From Podarcis cretensis (lineage: Eukaryota), in contig OX638155.1 of the NCBI GenBank assembly GCA_951804945.1, forward strand, positions 23,374,001-23,438,000: DNA of 64,000 bases. Reading direction: 5' to 3'. Positions within the stretch are counted from its first letter, which is position 1; the number at the start of each line of letters is the position of its first letter. The position numbers were made by a program, and so were the translations under genes. Shown here one piece after another: positions 50,789 through 61,469 of the stretch. The notes under the pieces are model-generated. The model saw nothing but the letters and a program-made list of their open reading frames with translations. It ran no database searches and had not been told where the DNA came from.

Positions 50789-50818
<30 letters not shown>
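50232..50818 (+). mobile_element. L2-clade LINE 3' end with (ATT)n tail, split by a SINE
   Basis: Encodes RAFSVVAPALWNTLPSDV; after the SINE it resumes AGGCAGCCCTG...GGGCGGGGTACAAATAATAA(ATT)n; same family as 34775-35340. Confidence 0.85.
50384..50668 (+). mobile_element. Squam3-type SINE with long (TTC)n tail, nested in L2
   Basis: Homologous to the 19351 copy; short TCTTA duplication at the junctions. Confidence 0.88.
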
Positions 50819-50820
<2 letters not shown>

Positions 50821-50830
50821 TCACAAACCC

Positions 50831-50952
50831 TCATAGAATCATAGGGACCACTAAGATCATCTAGTCCAACCCCCTGAAATACAGGAAAGTGGGTCTTGAA
50901 CCCACAACCCTGAGATTAAGAGTCTCAAATGCTCTACCATCTGAGCTAGCCC
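50831..50952 (-). mobile_element. Short SINE with tRNA-Lys(CTT)-derived head and CR1-derived tail (Squam2-like)
   Basis: Minus strand GGCTAGCTCAGATGGTAGAGCATTTGAGACT-CTT-AATCTCAGGGTTGTGGGTTCAAGACCCAC, then CAGGGGGTTGGACTAGATGATC...ATGATTCTATG (CR1 octamer tail). Confidence 0.8.
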
Positions 50953-51779
50953 AAAGCTTAAATTAATGTGACAATAGGCATTTAGCTATTTTTCAGAAGA
51001 ACCTGAAAGACCTGTTGGGTTAATAGTACGAGAAGCCATACTTGTCAAGTAGAAGGTACTCTTGAGTCTTTATAAAACTCTGAGATTGAGACAGTTTATT
51101 TATTCACTTCATGTACAAGCAATATCTCAAACATAATTTAGCTTGCATCCCAAGCTAAAACCACTTACAGGTCAGGGCTTTGCTGGCTGTTTCCATATGT
51201 ATGCTTCCTAATTAACCAATGAATTCTTCTTCTTTTCTGATTGCTTTCTTCTAAGCATCTGTTTTTCCTTAAATCACTCAACAAGATTGCTCTCTCGTAC
51301 AGGGTCAGCAAGTAGCACAGTTGTGTCTCTCAGGACGCAATTCAAGGTTTGGTTTTGTTCCGAAGGCTTGACTGGCTCCCACTTATTCCTTGTTTTCGCT
51401 GCTAGAATCAACATTTGGCTTCCTTTCTGAAGTTATTAGCAGCTACAAATTGCTAGGACCACAGCCCTCCAGATGTTGATAGACTCCTGCTCTCATCGGT
51501 CTTCCCCTGACAAGAAGATGCCACAGTGTGAAGAGTGCGCAAGCGGACTATCTGTTGCACAACCGATAGACGGAAGAAGCTGACAGCCCTATTTAGAAAC
51601 CTTGAACTGCCTCTCCAGGCTTTAATTTCATGCTTTTTAAAATGTCCATCAAACATTGCAGTACATAGGAATAATAGCCAAAGTGCAACAGATGTGCAAA
51701 ACATTTGAACAATATTTAACAACAAACTAAATCTCTGACTGCTGATCTTTACCTAGCCAAAACACCATCCCTATATAAG

Positions 51780-52168
51780 GTAAAGGTAAAGGTAAAGGTA
51801 AAGGTAAAGGTAAAGGTAAAGGTAAAGGGACCACTGACCATTAGGTCCAGACGTGGCTGACTCTGGGGTTGTGGCGCTCATCTCGCTTTATTGGACGAGG
51901 GAGCCGGCGTAGAGCTTCCAGGTCATGTGGCTAGCATGACTAAGCCGCTTCTGGCGAACTAGAGCAACGCACGGAAACGCCGTTTACCTTCCCACCGGAG
52001 CGGTACCTATTTATCTACTTGCACTTTGACGTGCTTTCAAACTGCTAGGTTGGCAGGAACAGGGACCGAGCAATGGGAGCTCACCCCGTCACAGGGATTC
52101 AAACCGCCGAACATCTGATCGGCAAGTCCTAGTCTCTGTGGTTTAACCCACAGCACTACCCACATCCC
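51780..52168 (-). mobile_element. Sauria SINE with (CCTTTA)8 tail
   Basis: Full-length reverse copy; 13-bp TSD ATCCCTATATAAG (51767-51779 / 52171-52183). Confidence 0.92.
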
Positions 52169-52318
52169 TTATCCCTATATAAGAAGGAGGGATTATTAGA
52201 CTCAGGGAAATTCAATGTTTGCAGAAGTACAAAAACAATTTTGAGGAAACAATTGTGGGTGGGTGGACAGGAGCTGAACATGCTCAGTGAACACAGAATG
52301 GTGGAGGTCAGAAAGTGT

Positions 52319-52610
52319 GAGAGCCAGTGTGGTGTAGTGGTTAAGAGCAGTAGTCTCATAATCTGGGGAACCGGTTCGCTTCCCTGCTCCTCCACATGCA
52401 GCTGCTGGGTGACCTTGGGCTAGTCACACTTCTCTGAAGTCTCTCAGCCCCACTCACCTCACAGAGTGCTTGTTGTGGGGGAGGAAGGGAAAAGAGAATA
52501 TTAGCCGCTTTGAGACTCCTTAAAGGGAGTGAACGGCGGGATATCAAATCCAAACTCTTCTTCTTCTTCTTCTTCTTCTTCTTCTTCTTCTTCTTCTTCT
52601 TCTTCTTCTT
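52319..52610 (+). mobile_element. Squam3-type SINE with long (TTC)n tail
   Basis: Homologous to the 19351 copy. Confidence 0.88.
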
Positions 52611-52657
52611 CCGACGATAGGAAGAGTAACAGAAAGGACTGGCTGGCATTCTTAATG

Positions 52658-54034
52658 TATGGTTACCAGATTTTTTTCAATGAATCCAGGAACACTTTTT
52701 TTTTTTTTAAGCCAAGTAGCAACAGGGAGTCAGTAGTGGGGATGTAAGGCAAAAGACCCTGGGCCCAAGCACACATGCATATTGTATTAAGGTACAAAGC
52801 CTTTCTTTTGCACCCTGTGAAACATAAATGCACAGAGTTTTTAAAAAACTGGGCAACAGCCGCCCACAAGTCCCAAGCCTCCCCCGAACAGTCAAAACAA
52901 AGGGGGAAAGGGCAGGAGATGGGAGGGGGCTCGGGAGTCACGGTTGCCCAGTTTTTTAAAAACTCTGTGCATTTATGTTTCACAGGGTGCGAAAGAAGGG
53001 CTTTGCACCTTGCCCGGCAGAGAAACCACGCGCCTTGCACCCATAGCTGTCAACTTACAGATTTGAAAATAAGGGACCAGCAGCCTCAAAAATAAGGGAT
53101 CAGCAGCCAAAATAAGGGATTTTCAGAGCACAGGTATGTTCAGCTTCTGAGCCCCTCCAAGCCAAAGGCAGAAAGCCCAGCCAGCAGCCAAACAAAGCCT
53201 CAAGCGGTGGTTCCCACAGCGCAGCAACCCGGCAAAGGGGATGCAGCAAGGAAAACCACCATCACCTCTCCGCTGGGAAACGCTGAGCAAAGGCGAGTCC
53301 CCAGGCAACGCGGCCGATTTGATCAGCACAAGGCATGCAAGCTCCACCCCGCAGTCATTCTTAGACTCCTTATTGAGTGAGCAAGGCAGCCAAGCAACAC
53401 AGTTGGAGCCTCCCTCCGCCCTGGCCGGCCGGGAGGGAGGGAGAGGACCTGCTTCCTTTGTAACTCAGGAAATTTAAGGGACATCATCAATAAGGGACAG
53501 CAGTGGGACATGGCGCTGGGATAAGGGACTTTCCCGCCAAATAAGGGACGGCTGACAGCTATGCTTGCACCCCTCCTGGGCAATGGCGTGCCACCTGCCC
53601 ATGACTCCCAAGCCTTCAGGAGTCGCAGGCGGGCAGCCGTTGCCCAGGAGTTTATGCAATATAATAGTTATGCAACACCTGAGCTGTAAGATCCTCACAG
53701 CACTGTTCTCTATCTCTCTACTTTTGTATCAAAATCTATCTCTGCTCGTGGCCTTCTCTCTTCAAGCCTCACCACCCTCAGTGTTGCGCACAAGACACAT
53801 CATATGGGGACTTCTGGCGAGGAAAAATGGTGGGTGCCAAGGCCACAAGAAGCTCCTGAAGCCAGCCAGAGCCAACTGCGCTACCAGGCTGGCTGTGGGC
53901 TGCTGAGGCTGCCACTGCCACGTTTCCCAGAGACAGATTTGTAACTCGGGACATTCCAGGGACGGAATTTGTCCGCGGACAGATTTGCAAATCCGGGGAC
54001 TGTCCCCAGGAACCGGGGACATCTGGTAACAATA
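52658..54034. mobile_element. Non-autonomous hAT element (outer) containing a long internal inverted repeat and a nested MITE
   Basis: TIRs TATGGTTACCAGAT / ATCTGGTAACAATA (13/14); perfect 8-bp TSD TCTTAATG (52650-52657 / 54035-54042); subterminal GGGAC repeats. Confidence 0.88.
53042..53563. mobile_element. 522-bp hAT MITE (inner)
   Basis: TIRs CATAGCTGTCA / TGACAGCTATG; perfect 8-bp TSD CTTGCACC (53034-53041 / 53564-53571); ATAAGGGA subterminal repeats at both ends. Confidence 0.92.
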
Positions 54035-55839
54035 TCTTAATGGGAAAACTCCACTGTGCAATGTTTTGTCATGGGTCCAGCTTGTCCTTTCTGTTACTCT
54101 TCCTATCGCCACACTTATACTTGTTCTCTCAGGCTTGCGGAGATCAGCAAGAGGTGAACAACATATTAATATTCTCTGTGAAACTGTGGAAATATTTCCC
54201 TAAATATTCACTTCGTTGAAAAAATAATTTTAAAAGTCTCTATCTGGAACTCCCAAATGGTGAAGAAGGTGTGATAAATGCAGAGGTGTCCACAGAAACA
54301 TGGTCGCAGGCTATAATAATAGCTGTGAAATGTATTCCATTTCCCATAAGAACTGCTTTGAGTTGGCAAGGCTCCTGGCCTTGAACAACTGCGAGGCGTA
54401 CGAAATTCAACAGGGGAGCCACTTCCTGGCACTCAGAGGCAGTGACAGAGCAAGCTCCACTAGCCTGCTATGCAGCCATTAAAAGAAACAGGATCTGAGC
54501 CAGAAAAATAAGTCCACAACCTTAAGCAGGATGGCATACATTTCTTGAGCCATCAATACACTGTTGATCTTCCGGAGAACGCAGCCTCTTCTCATTCCCT
54601 CTTTCCCTAATATTAATGGATGGTGTTCTCCCTGCTACCCAGACACTCAAAGATGGCGGCTGCAAATTTCATGTGAGGGAATCAATACCTTTCACCACCC
54701 CCACCCCTCTTCCCAGTTAATTCTCCAGCTACTTTGTGAAAGAAAAGCAGGGGTGGGGGAGGGGGCAAGAAGCATTATTTTGAACAAAAAACACCGGTGA
54801 CAACGTGCGATACCTCACTCGAATGTGGCTGGTTTGGATTTATTTATTATCTTAAAAGGCAACCAAAGAAAGTGAAACTTCATCCTAAGCTGCATTAATA
54901 CATTTCTGAAATACAAAACATGCCCTATGCTGAATGTTCAAGACACAATACATGTATTTTTCCCCTTCTCCCGAGTGAAAGGCTGTCAAGAATGCTTCCT
55001 ATTTGTACCTTTCAAATTTTATCTGTATAAAAGGACAGGAGCTCTTTTGTATCGCAGCATAAATGCATACACACAGCTCTCTACACATAGAAGGTTAATG
55101 ATAATAAAGCCGGTGGATTTTGTGTGTGTGTTTTGTCCAGGGTGAGTAAGTGAGTATTTCTTTGGTAGCATTCCAAACATTAAAATGTGCACACATTCAG
55201 AGGAAGTGGTTGAGATGCCCATTCTGCCTGAAAACATTGAGAAAAGAATTCTTGTTTCCTTTTCCACGGAAAGGGAAGAAACAATGGCCTTGCAGAGCCC
55301 AATCTTTAAAGATTTCTGATGAGATTTATATGGCAGAAAGAGCTCTCAGAGGCAAATCAATATAACTAAGTACAGTGCTCGGTTACAATCATAGACGCTG
55401 ATCAAGAAAAGTGGCTGCGTCTTAACGGGCCTGTCATTTTCTTTTATCGTTGCGCAGGGTTGCCAGGGCATTGAACGTGACATTGAAAACGATACACACC
55501 GAACATCAGAAGTCGAGAAGGAATGGGCCACCAGCTAGGAAAGGGAGAGTTTTCTAATTGGACTAAGGTCCAGAGATTGGGTAACTCCAGATGAGATGAA
55601 CGAGGAATCCTGATATGTTTCAGGGCACCACCGTGCATTACGGGCAAAACACAAAATCCCCAATCCCAGATTTTTATCCCAACACAGATGCACATGTTTT
55701 GAATTATGCTTCCAAGGGAGAATCTGCCAGTGGAAGAGGGTGCTTAATCTGACCCTCACCCAGCAATTGTTCCTTGCAAATTGCTCTCCCCAGAAAATTG
55801 ATTGAACTTATATTTATATATTTGAATTTATATTTATAT

Positions 55840-56312
55840 ATTTATATATAACCCTAACCCTATACCCAGAAGTATAAGATCAACATAAAAACCACAGTAT
55901 ATATAATCAGAATTAAAAACAACAACCCAATAACACACACCCAAAAGAGCCACGTTTTAAAAGGGTTTAGGATGTCAATCAGATCAACCAAAGGCCTGGT
56001 TAGGGTTAGGGTTGATTTGGCCTGGCACCTAAAGGTGTATAATGAAGGCACCAGGCAAAATGCCCCGGGGAGAGCATTCCACAGATGGGGAGCCACTGCA
56101 GAGAAGGCCCGTTTTCATGTTGCCACCCTCCGGACCTCTCAAGGAAGCACATGAAGAAGGGCTTCAGAAGATGATCTCAGGGTCCAGGTTGGTTCATATG
56201 GAAAGAGGCGGTCCTTGAGGTATTGCGGTCCTGAGCCGTTTAAAGCTTGATAGGTCAAAATCAGCACTTTGAATTAGGCCCAGAAACTAATGGGTAGCCA
56301 GTGCAATTGGAC
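55840..56312 (-). mobile_element. L2-clade LINE 3' fragment (second family)
   Basis: Minus strand encodes RAFSAVAPHLWNALP...SLYTFRCQAK; similar isolated tails at about 23117-23188 and 40393-40441. Confidence 0.78.
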
Positions 56313-56814
56313 CAAATTTTAATTGCTTTTCCTCCCCTCAGTTGGTCTCTGAACCAAGAAGCAAGCCTGGATGAGAGGGGAGGTGGAACAAAGAAGAAAA
56401 GAGCAATGGAGGAACTTAAAAGCCCTTTCTGCCAACTCTCCTCCTTTCTTGTCTCTACATTTGTTTTGCTTCCATCTGCAAACGTGGCCTTATACTCGTG
56501 TTTGCTAAGAGAAACATGTAATACTGCCTTAGACTACTGCCCTTTGTGCTTGTTTCTCGTTTCACAGAATGGATCCATATTTAGTAAAAATCAAATTGTA
56601 GTACAGGTAGCTCTCCTCTTACACAGGGGTTACCAGTGTTGGATCTTCAGGTCTCAAATTTGAGCGGTACCCTCTGCAATGTCAAAATTTAGTGCCCTGA
56701 CTGCCTCTTGCTTTCCATTCTACACATCATAGAATCATAGAATCATAGAATCATAGAGTTGGAAGAGACCACAAGGGCCATCGAGTCCAACCCCCTGCCA
56801 AGCAGGAAACACCA

Positions 56815-59800
56815 TCAGAGCACTCCTGACATATGGTTGTCAAACCTCTGCTTAAAGACCTCCAAAGAAGGAGACTTCACCACACTCCTTGGCAGCAAAT
56901 TCCACTGTCAAACAGCTCTTACTGTCAGGAAGTTCTTCCTAATGTTTAGGTGGAATCTTTTTTCTTGTAGTTTGGAACCATTGCTCCATGTCCGCTTCTC
57001 TGGAGCAGCAGAAAACAACCTTTCTCCCTCCTCTATGTGACATCCTTTTATATATTTGAACATGGCTATCATATCACCCCTTAACCTCCTCTTCTCCAGG
57101 CTAAACATGCCCAGCTCCCTTAGCCGTTCCTCATAAGGCATCGTTTCCAGGCCTTTGACCATTTTGGTTGCCCTCCTCTGGACACGTTCCAGTTTTTCAG
57201 TGTCCTTCTTGAACTGTGGTGCCCAGAACTGGACACAATACTCCAGGTGAGGTCTGACCAGAGCAGAATACAGTGGCACTATTACTTCCCTTGATCTAGA
57301 TGCTATACTCCTATTGATGCAGCCCAGAATTGCATTGGCTTTTTTAGCTGCCGCGTCACACTGTTGGCTCATGTCAAGTTTGTGGTCAACCAAGACTCCT
57401 AGATCCTTTTCACATGTACTGCTCTCAAGCCACATGTCACCCATCTTGTATTTCTGCCTCTCATTTTTTTTGCCCAAGTGCAATACTTTACATTTCTCCC
57501 TGTTAAAATTCATCTTGTTTGTTTTGGCCCAGTTCTCTAATCTGTCAAGGTCATTTTGAAGTGTGATCCTGTCCTCTGGGGTGTTAGCCACCCCTCCCAG
57601 TTTGGTGTCATCTGCAAATTTGATCAGAATGCCACTGAGTCCATCATCCAAGTCGTTGATAAAGATGTTGAATAAGACCGGGCCCAAGACAGAACCCTGT
57701 GGCACCCCACTAGTCACTCTTCTCCAGGATGAAGAGGAACCATTGATGAGCACCCTTTGGGTTCGGTCAGACAGCCAGTTACAAATCCACTGAGTGGTAG
57801 CATAGTCAAGTCCGCATTTTACCAGCTTCTTTACAAGAATATCATGGGGCACCTTGTCAAATGCCTTGCTGAAATCAAGGTAGGCTACATCCACTGCGTT
57901 CCCTTCATCTACCAGGGTTGTAATTCTGTCAAAAAACGAGATCAGGTTAGTCTGACATGACTTATTTTTCAGAAATCCATGCTGACTATTGGTGATCACA
58001 GCATTCCTTTCTAGGTGCTCACAGACTGTTTGCTTAATGATCTGCTCCAGAATCTTCACTGGTATTGATGTCAGACTGACTGGGCGGTAATTATTTGGGT
58101 CCTCTCTTTTCCCCTTTTTGAAAATAGGGACATTTGCCCTCCTCCAGTCTGCCGGGACTTCGCCTGTTCTCCAGGAATTCTCAAAGATGACTGCCAGTGG
58201 TTCTGAGATCACACCTGCCAGTTCTTTTAATACTCTTGGATGCAGTTCATCTGGCCCTGGAGACTTGAATACATCTAAACTAGCCAAGTATTCTTGTACT
58301 ATCTCCTTAGTTATTCTGGGCTGTGTTTCCTCTGCTGAATCATTTGCTCCAAATTCTTCAGGTCGGGCATTGTTTTCTTTATCGGAGAAGACTGAGGCAA
58401 AGAAGGCATTGAGGAATTCAGCCCTTTCTGTGTCCCCTGTTTGCATTTCACCATCTTCTCCTCTGAGTGACCCCACTGTTTCTTTGTTCTTCCTTTTGCT
58501 ACGAACATACCCATAAAAGCCTTTTTTGTTGCTTTTAACTTCTCTAGCAAAACTTCTCTAGCAAGCCTGAGTTCATTCTGTGCTTTAGCTTTTCTGACTT
58601 TGAGTCTACACGTGCTGGCTATTTGTTTGAATTCCTCTTTGGTGGTTTCCCCCCTTTTCCATTTTTTGTACACATCCTTTTTTAATCTTAACTCAGTTAA
58701 AAGTTCTTTAGATAGCCACCCTGGCTTCTTTAGGCACCTTCCATGTTTCCGTCTCATTGGTATTGCCTGAAGTTGTGCTTTTACTATCTCCCTCTTAACA
58801 AACTCCCAGCCATCATGAACTCCCTTTCCTTTTAGTATTACTGTCCATGGGATCTCACCCAGCACTTCCCTAAGTTTTATGAAGTCGGCTTTCTTAAAGT
58901 CAAGAAATTGAGTCCTAGTATGCTTGGCTGCTCCTTTCCGCTGTATAGTAAACTTCAGAAGAGCACGATCACTCGCGCCTAATGATCCTTCCACTTCTAC
59001 CCCACTAACCAGGTCATCAACATTGGTTAGGACCAGATCTAAAATGGCTGTTCCTCTTGTTGCTTCTCCCACTTTCTGGACAATGAAGTTGTCTGCAAGG
59101 CCAGTGAGGAATCTGTTTGACCTTATGCTCTTGGCTGAGTTTGACATCCAACAAATATCCGGGTAATTGAAGTCCCCCATTACTACTATCTCCCTTCCTT
59201 TTGCATGCTTGGCCATCTGTTCCAGGAAGGCATCATCTATGTCCTCCGTTTGGCTTGGGGATCTATAGTAAACTCCCACAATGAGGTCACTGTTATTCTT
59301 CTCTCCCTCTATTTTGACCCAAATGCTCTCACTTTGGCTTTGAGGTTCTAAATCTTGGATCTCTTCACAGGTATACACATCCCTGACATATAACGCCACT
59401 CCTCCTCCTTTCTTGTCTGGTCTGTTTCTCTGAAATAGATTGTATCCCTCCATTATTACATTCCAATCGTGGGACTTATCCCACCAGGTTTCAGTGATGC
59501 CTATTATGTCATATTTAGTTTGCTGTACCAAGAGCTCAAGCTCATCTTGTTTATTTGAAGAGTTTGGATTTGATATCCCGCCTTTCACTCCCTTTAAGGA
59601 GTCTCAAAGCGGCTAACATTCTCCTTTCCCTTCCTCCCCCACAACAAACACTCTGTGAGGTGAGTGGGGCTGAGAGACTTCAAAGAAGTGTGACTGGCCC
59701 AAGGTCACCCAGCAGCGGCATGTGGAGGAGCGGAGACGGGAACCCAGTTCCCCAGATTACAAGACTACCGCTCTCAACCACTACACCACACTGGCTCTCA

Positions 59801-59844
59801 ATGCTTTGCACATTAGTGTACAGACATTGAAGTCCATTAATCAT
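56815..59844 (-). pseudogene. CR1 ORF2 (endonuclease plus reverse transcriptase), inactivated
   Basis: Starts MINGLQCLYTN. SINE inserted at 59557-59799; 14-bp tandem duplication AACTTCTCTAGCAA (58537-58564) causes a frameshift; premature TGA at 56908-56910 (probably from CGA); the frame continues QWNLLPRSVVKSPSLEVFKQRFDNHMSGVL* to 56815. Confidence 0.9.
59557..59799 (-). mobile_element. Squam3-type SINE inserted in CR1 ORF2
   Basis: Full-length reverse copy between codons ...TNVQS and NKQDELE. Confidence 0.9.
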
Positions 59845-59995
59845 TCCCCCGTGTCTCTTATTTAAGGATTTTTTCCTCCCACCACTAGGTCTGTGTGCTG
59901 TTTGTTCCATTTGGTCTATGACATTTGGATGATCATCTTCATCAATTGATAGACTCCTACCTTCAGGAGCACTGTGTCCCTCCCCCCCACGTTAG

Positions 59996-60192
59996 TCAGT
60001 TTAAAGCCCTCCTGATGAGGTTTCTGAGATTTTTGGCAAAAACATTCCTCCCAACCATTGTGAGGTGCAGCCCATCGCTTGCCAGAAGTCCATCTTCAAG
60101 AAACTGCAGTCTGTGATCTAAGAATCCAAACTGTTCCTGTTTACACCATTTGCGAAGCCAGCTGTTCACTTCCACTATTTTTCCCTCTCTCC
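59996..60192 (-). pseudogene. CR1 ORF1 C-terminal fragment (SGNH/GDSL esterase-like)
   Basis: VNSWLRKWCKQEQFGFLDH...DGLHLTMVG...LIRRALN*; DxxH catalytic motif. Confidence 0.85.
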
Positions 60193-60972
60193 CTCTCTCA
60201 CATATTTGCAACATCCTGAGGCTCCATGCCCAGTGTGACCGAACTAGTCACATTCCCCTAGATCAGTCTCTGGGGTTATATTCCTGGCTATTGCACCGGT
60301 AAACAAAACTGTGTGGATCCAGAACCGTAGAAAAACCCAGCAAATCACTCCAATGACTCTCCAATCTCCTCTGTGTTTCTCTCTGGCCTACTCTGATCCT
60401 TCTCCGACCACCTCCAAAACTCTCAGCAACCTCCTCCACTCTCTCACGACATCCAACCGACTCTCCAATCCCACCCAAACACTCTCCCAATGGCTAATAG
60501 GATGGTCAACCTTTTCTCTCTCCATCTTCAATCGCATGTGAAGTCTGCATTGTGGAGTTTGGAACAGACAGGGTTAAAACTCCGTGGTGTCCTGTATCTG
60601 GGAAGAGCTTGATGCAGAGAAGTGCGTCACAGTCTGCAAGCAGAGTTGCTTTCGCTTCTGACTGAGAGACACAGCACAACGGAGAGGCTGTGTCTGTGTG
60701 CTTTTGGAAGCACGGAGAGATGCTGAAATGGCTGAAGTTTCTGGTGGAAATAGACTGATTTATGGCTTGTAAATAAACGCTTCTAGAGATAAGAACCGAT
60801 CTGCCTCTGGACTTAATTTATCCCTTTCTCACATGGACTCAGGACCGCTGCATTTACTCTGCTGCTATCCTGCCAGGTCAGAGCTTCCAAGCAGAGCTGC
60901 CCAGAGGAAGCGTGACTGGACGGAGGATTTATATTCACCCACTCCAAGATGCATAAGACGAGATCTACCTGT

Positions 60973-61469
60973 TGTCAGGGACTGGACAGAGGTGGAATGG
61001 TGGAGACCACTTCCCCATCCTGACCCTTCCAGAGAGGAGGAAGGGGAAGACAGTATAGATTTACAACAGGGGGTTAAGGGAGGAAGCAGCTCAGAGGCAG
61101 ATGAGTGGAAAAGTTGGGAAATCATGGGAGAGCCAGAGCAACACTAGGCTGACACATTATCATTAGAAAACATTCCAGACCCACCATCTCCCAGAACCCG
61201 GCGGGACTTAAAAGTAGGAGAGCAAAGAACTCAAAGACAGAGGGCATGTAGCAGCACCCGTGAAGGAGATGATGATGATGATGATGACAAATGAGGAAGA
61301 GGGAGAGATGGGGGGGTGGAGATTCACTTGGGACAACTGCATTATCCAAGAGGTTGGGTTCTATAGCCTCTGTCTGTAAAGACTGAAATAAAAAAGGCAG
61401 TAAGAAACTTTCTCTTGTCTCTATACTTTCCTGGGCAACCAGCTGGGAGCCGCTGACAGCATCCTAACA
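60973..61469 (+). mobile_element. Solo LTR
   Basis: 497 bp; termini TGTCAGG...CCTAACA; flanks CCTGT/CCTCT (4/5 TSD); AATAAA at about 61387. Confidence 0.65.

Larger units (their letters stand above)
56726..60192 (-). mobile_element. CR1 LINE, 5'-truncated (end of ORF1, complete but disrupted ORF2, 3' UTR)
   Basis: (ATTCTATG)n tail at 56726-56757; APE endonuclease motifs (GITETWWD, GDFNYPDI, LDLVL); RT motifs ([14 protein letters not shown]); ORF1 esterase C-terminus. Confidence 0.95.

Noticed and set aside
50889-50952. Functional tRNA-Lys(CTT) gene
   Set aside because: Acceptor stem incomplete, extra bases before the anticodon arm, and the 3' side is replaced by a CR1 tail; treated as a SINE head.
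50408-52747. ORFs with poly-K, poly-F, poly-R, poly-S or poly-N runs
   Set aside because: Translations of (TTC)n and (ATT)n retroposon tails.
56908-59588. 522-aa and 425-aa ORFs as host genes or an active retroelement
   Set aside because: They are the two halves of one frameshifted CR1 ORF2 in a 5'-truncated copy.
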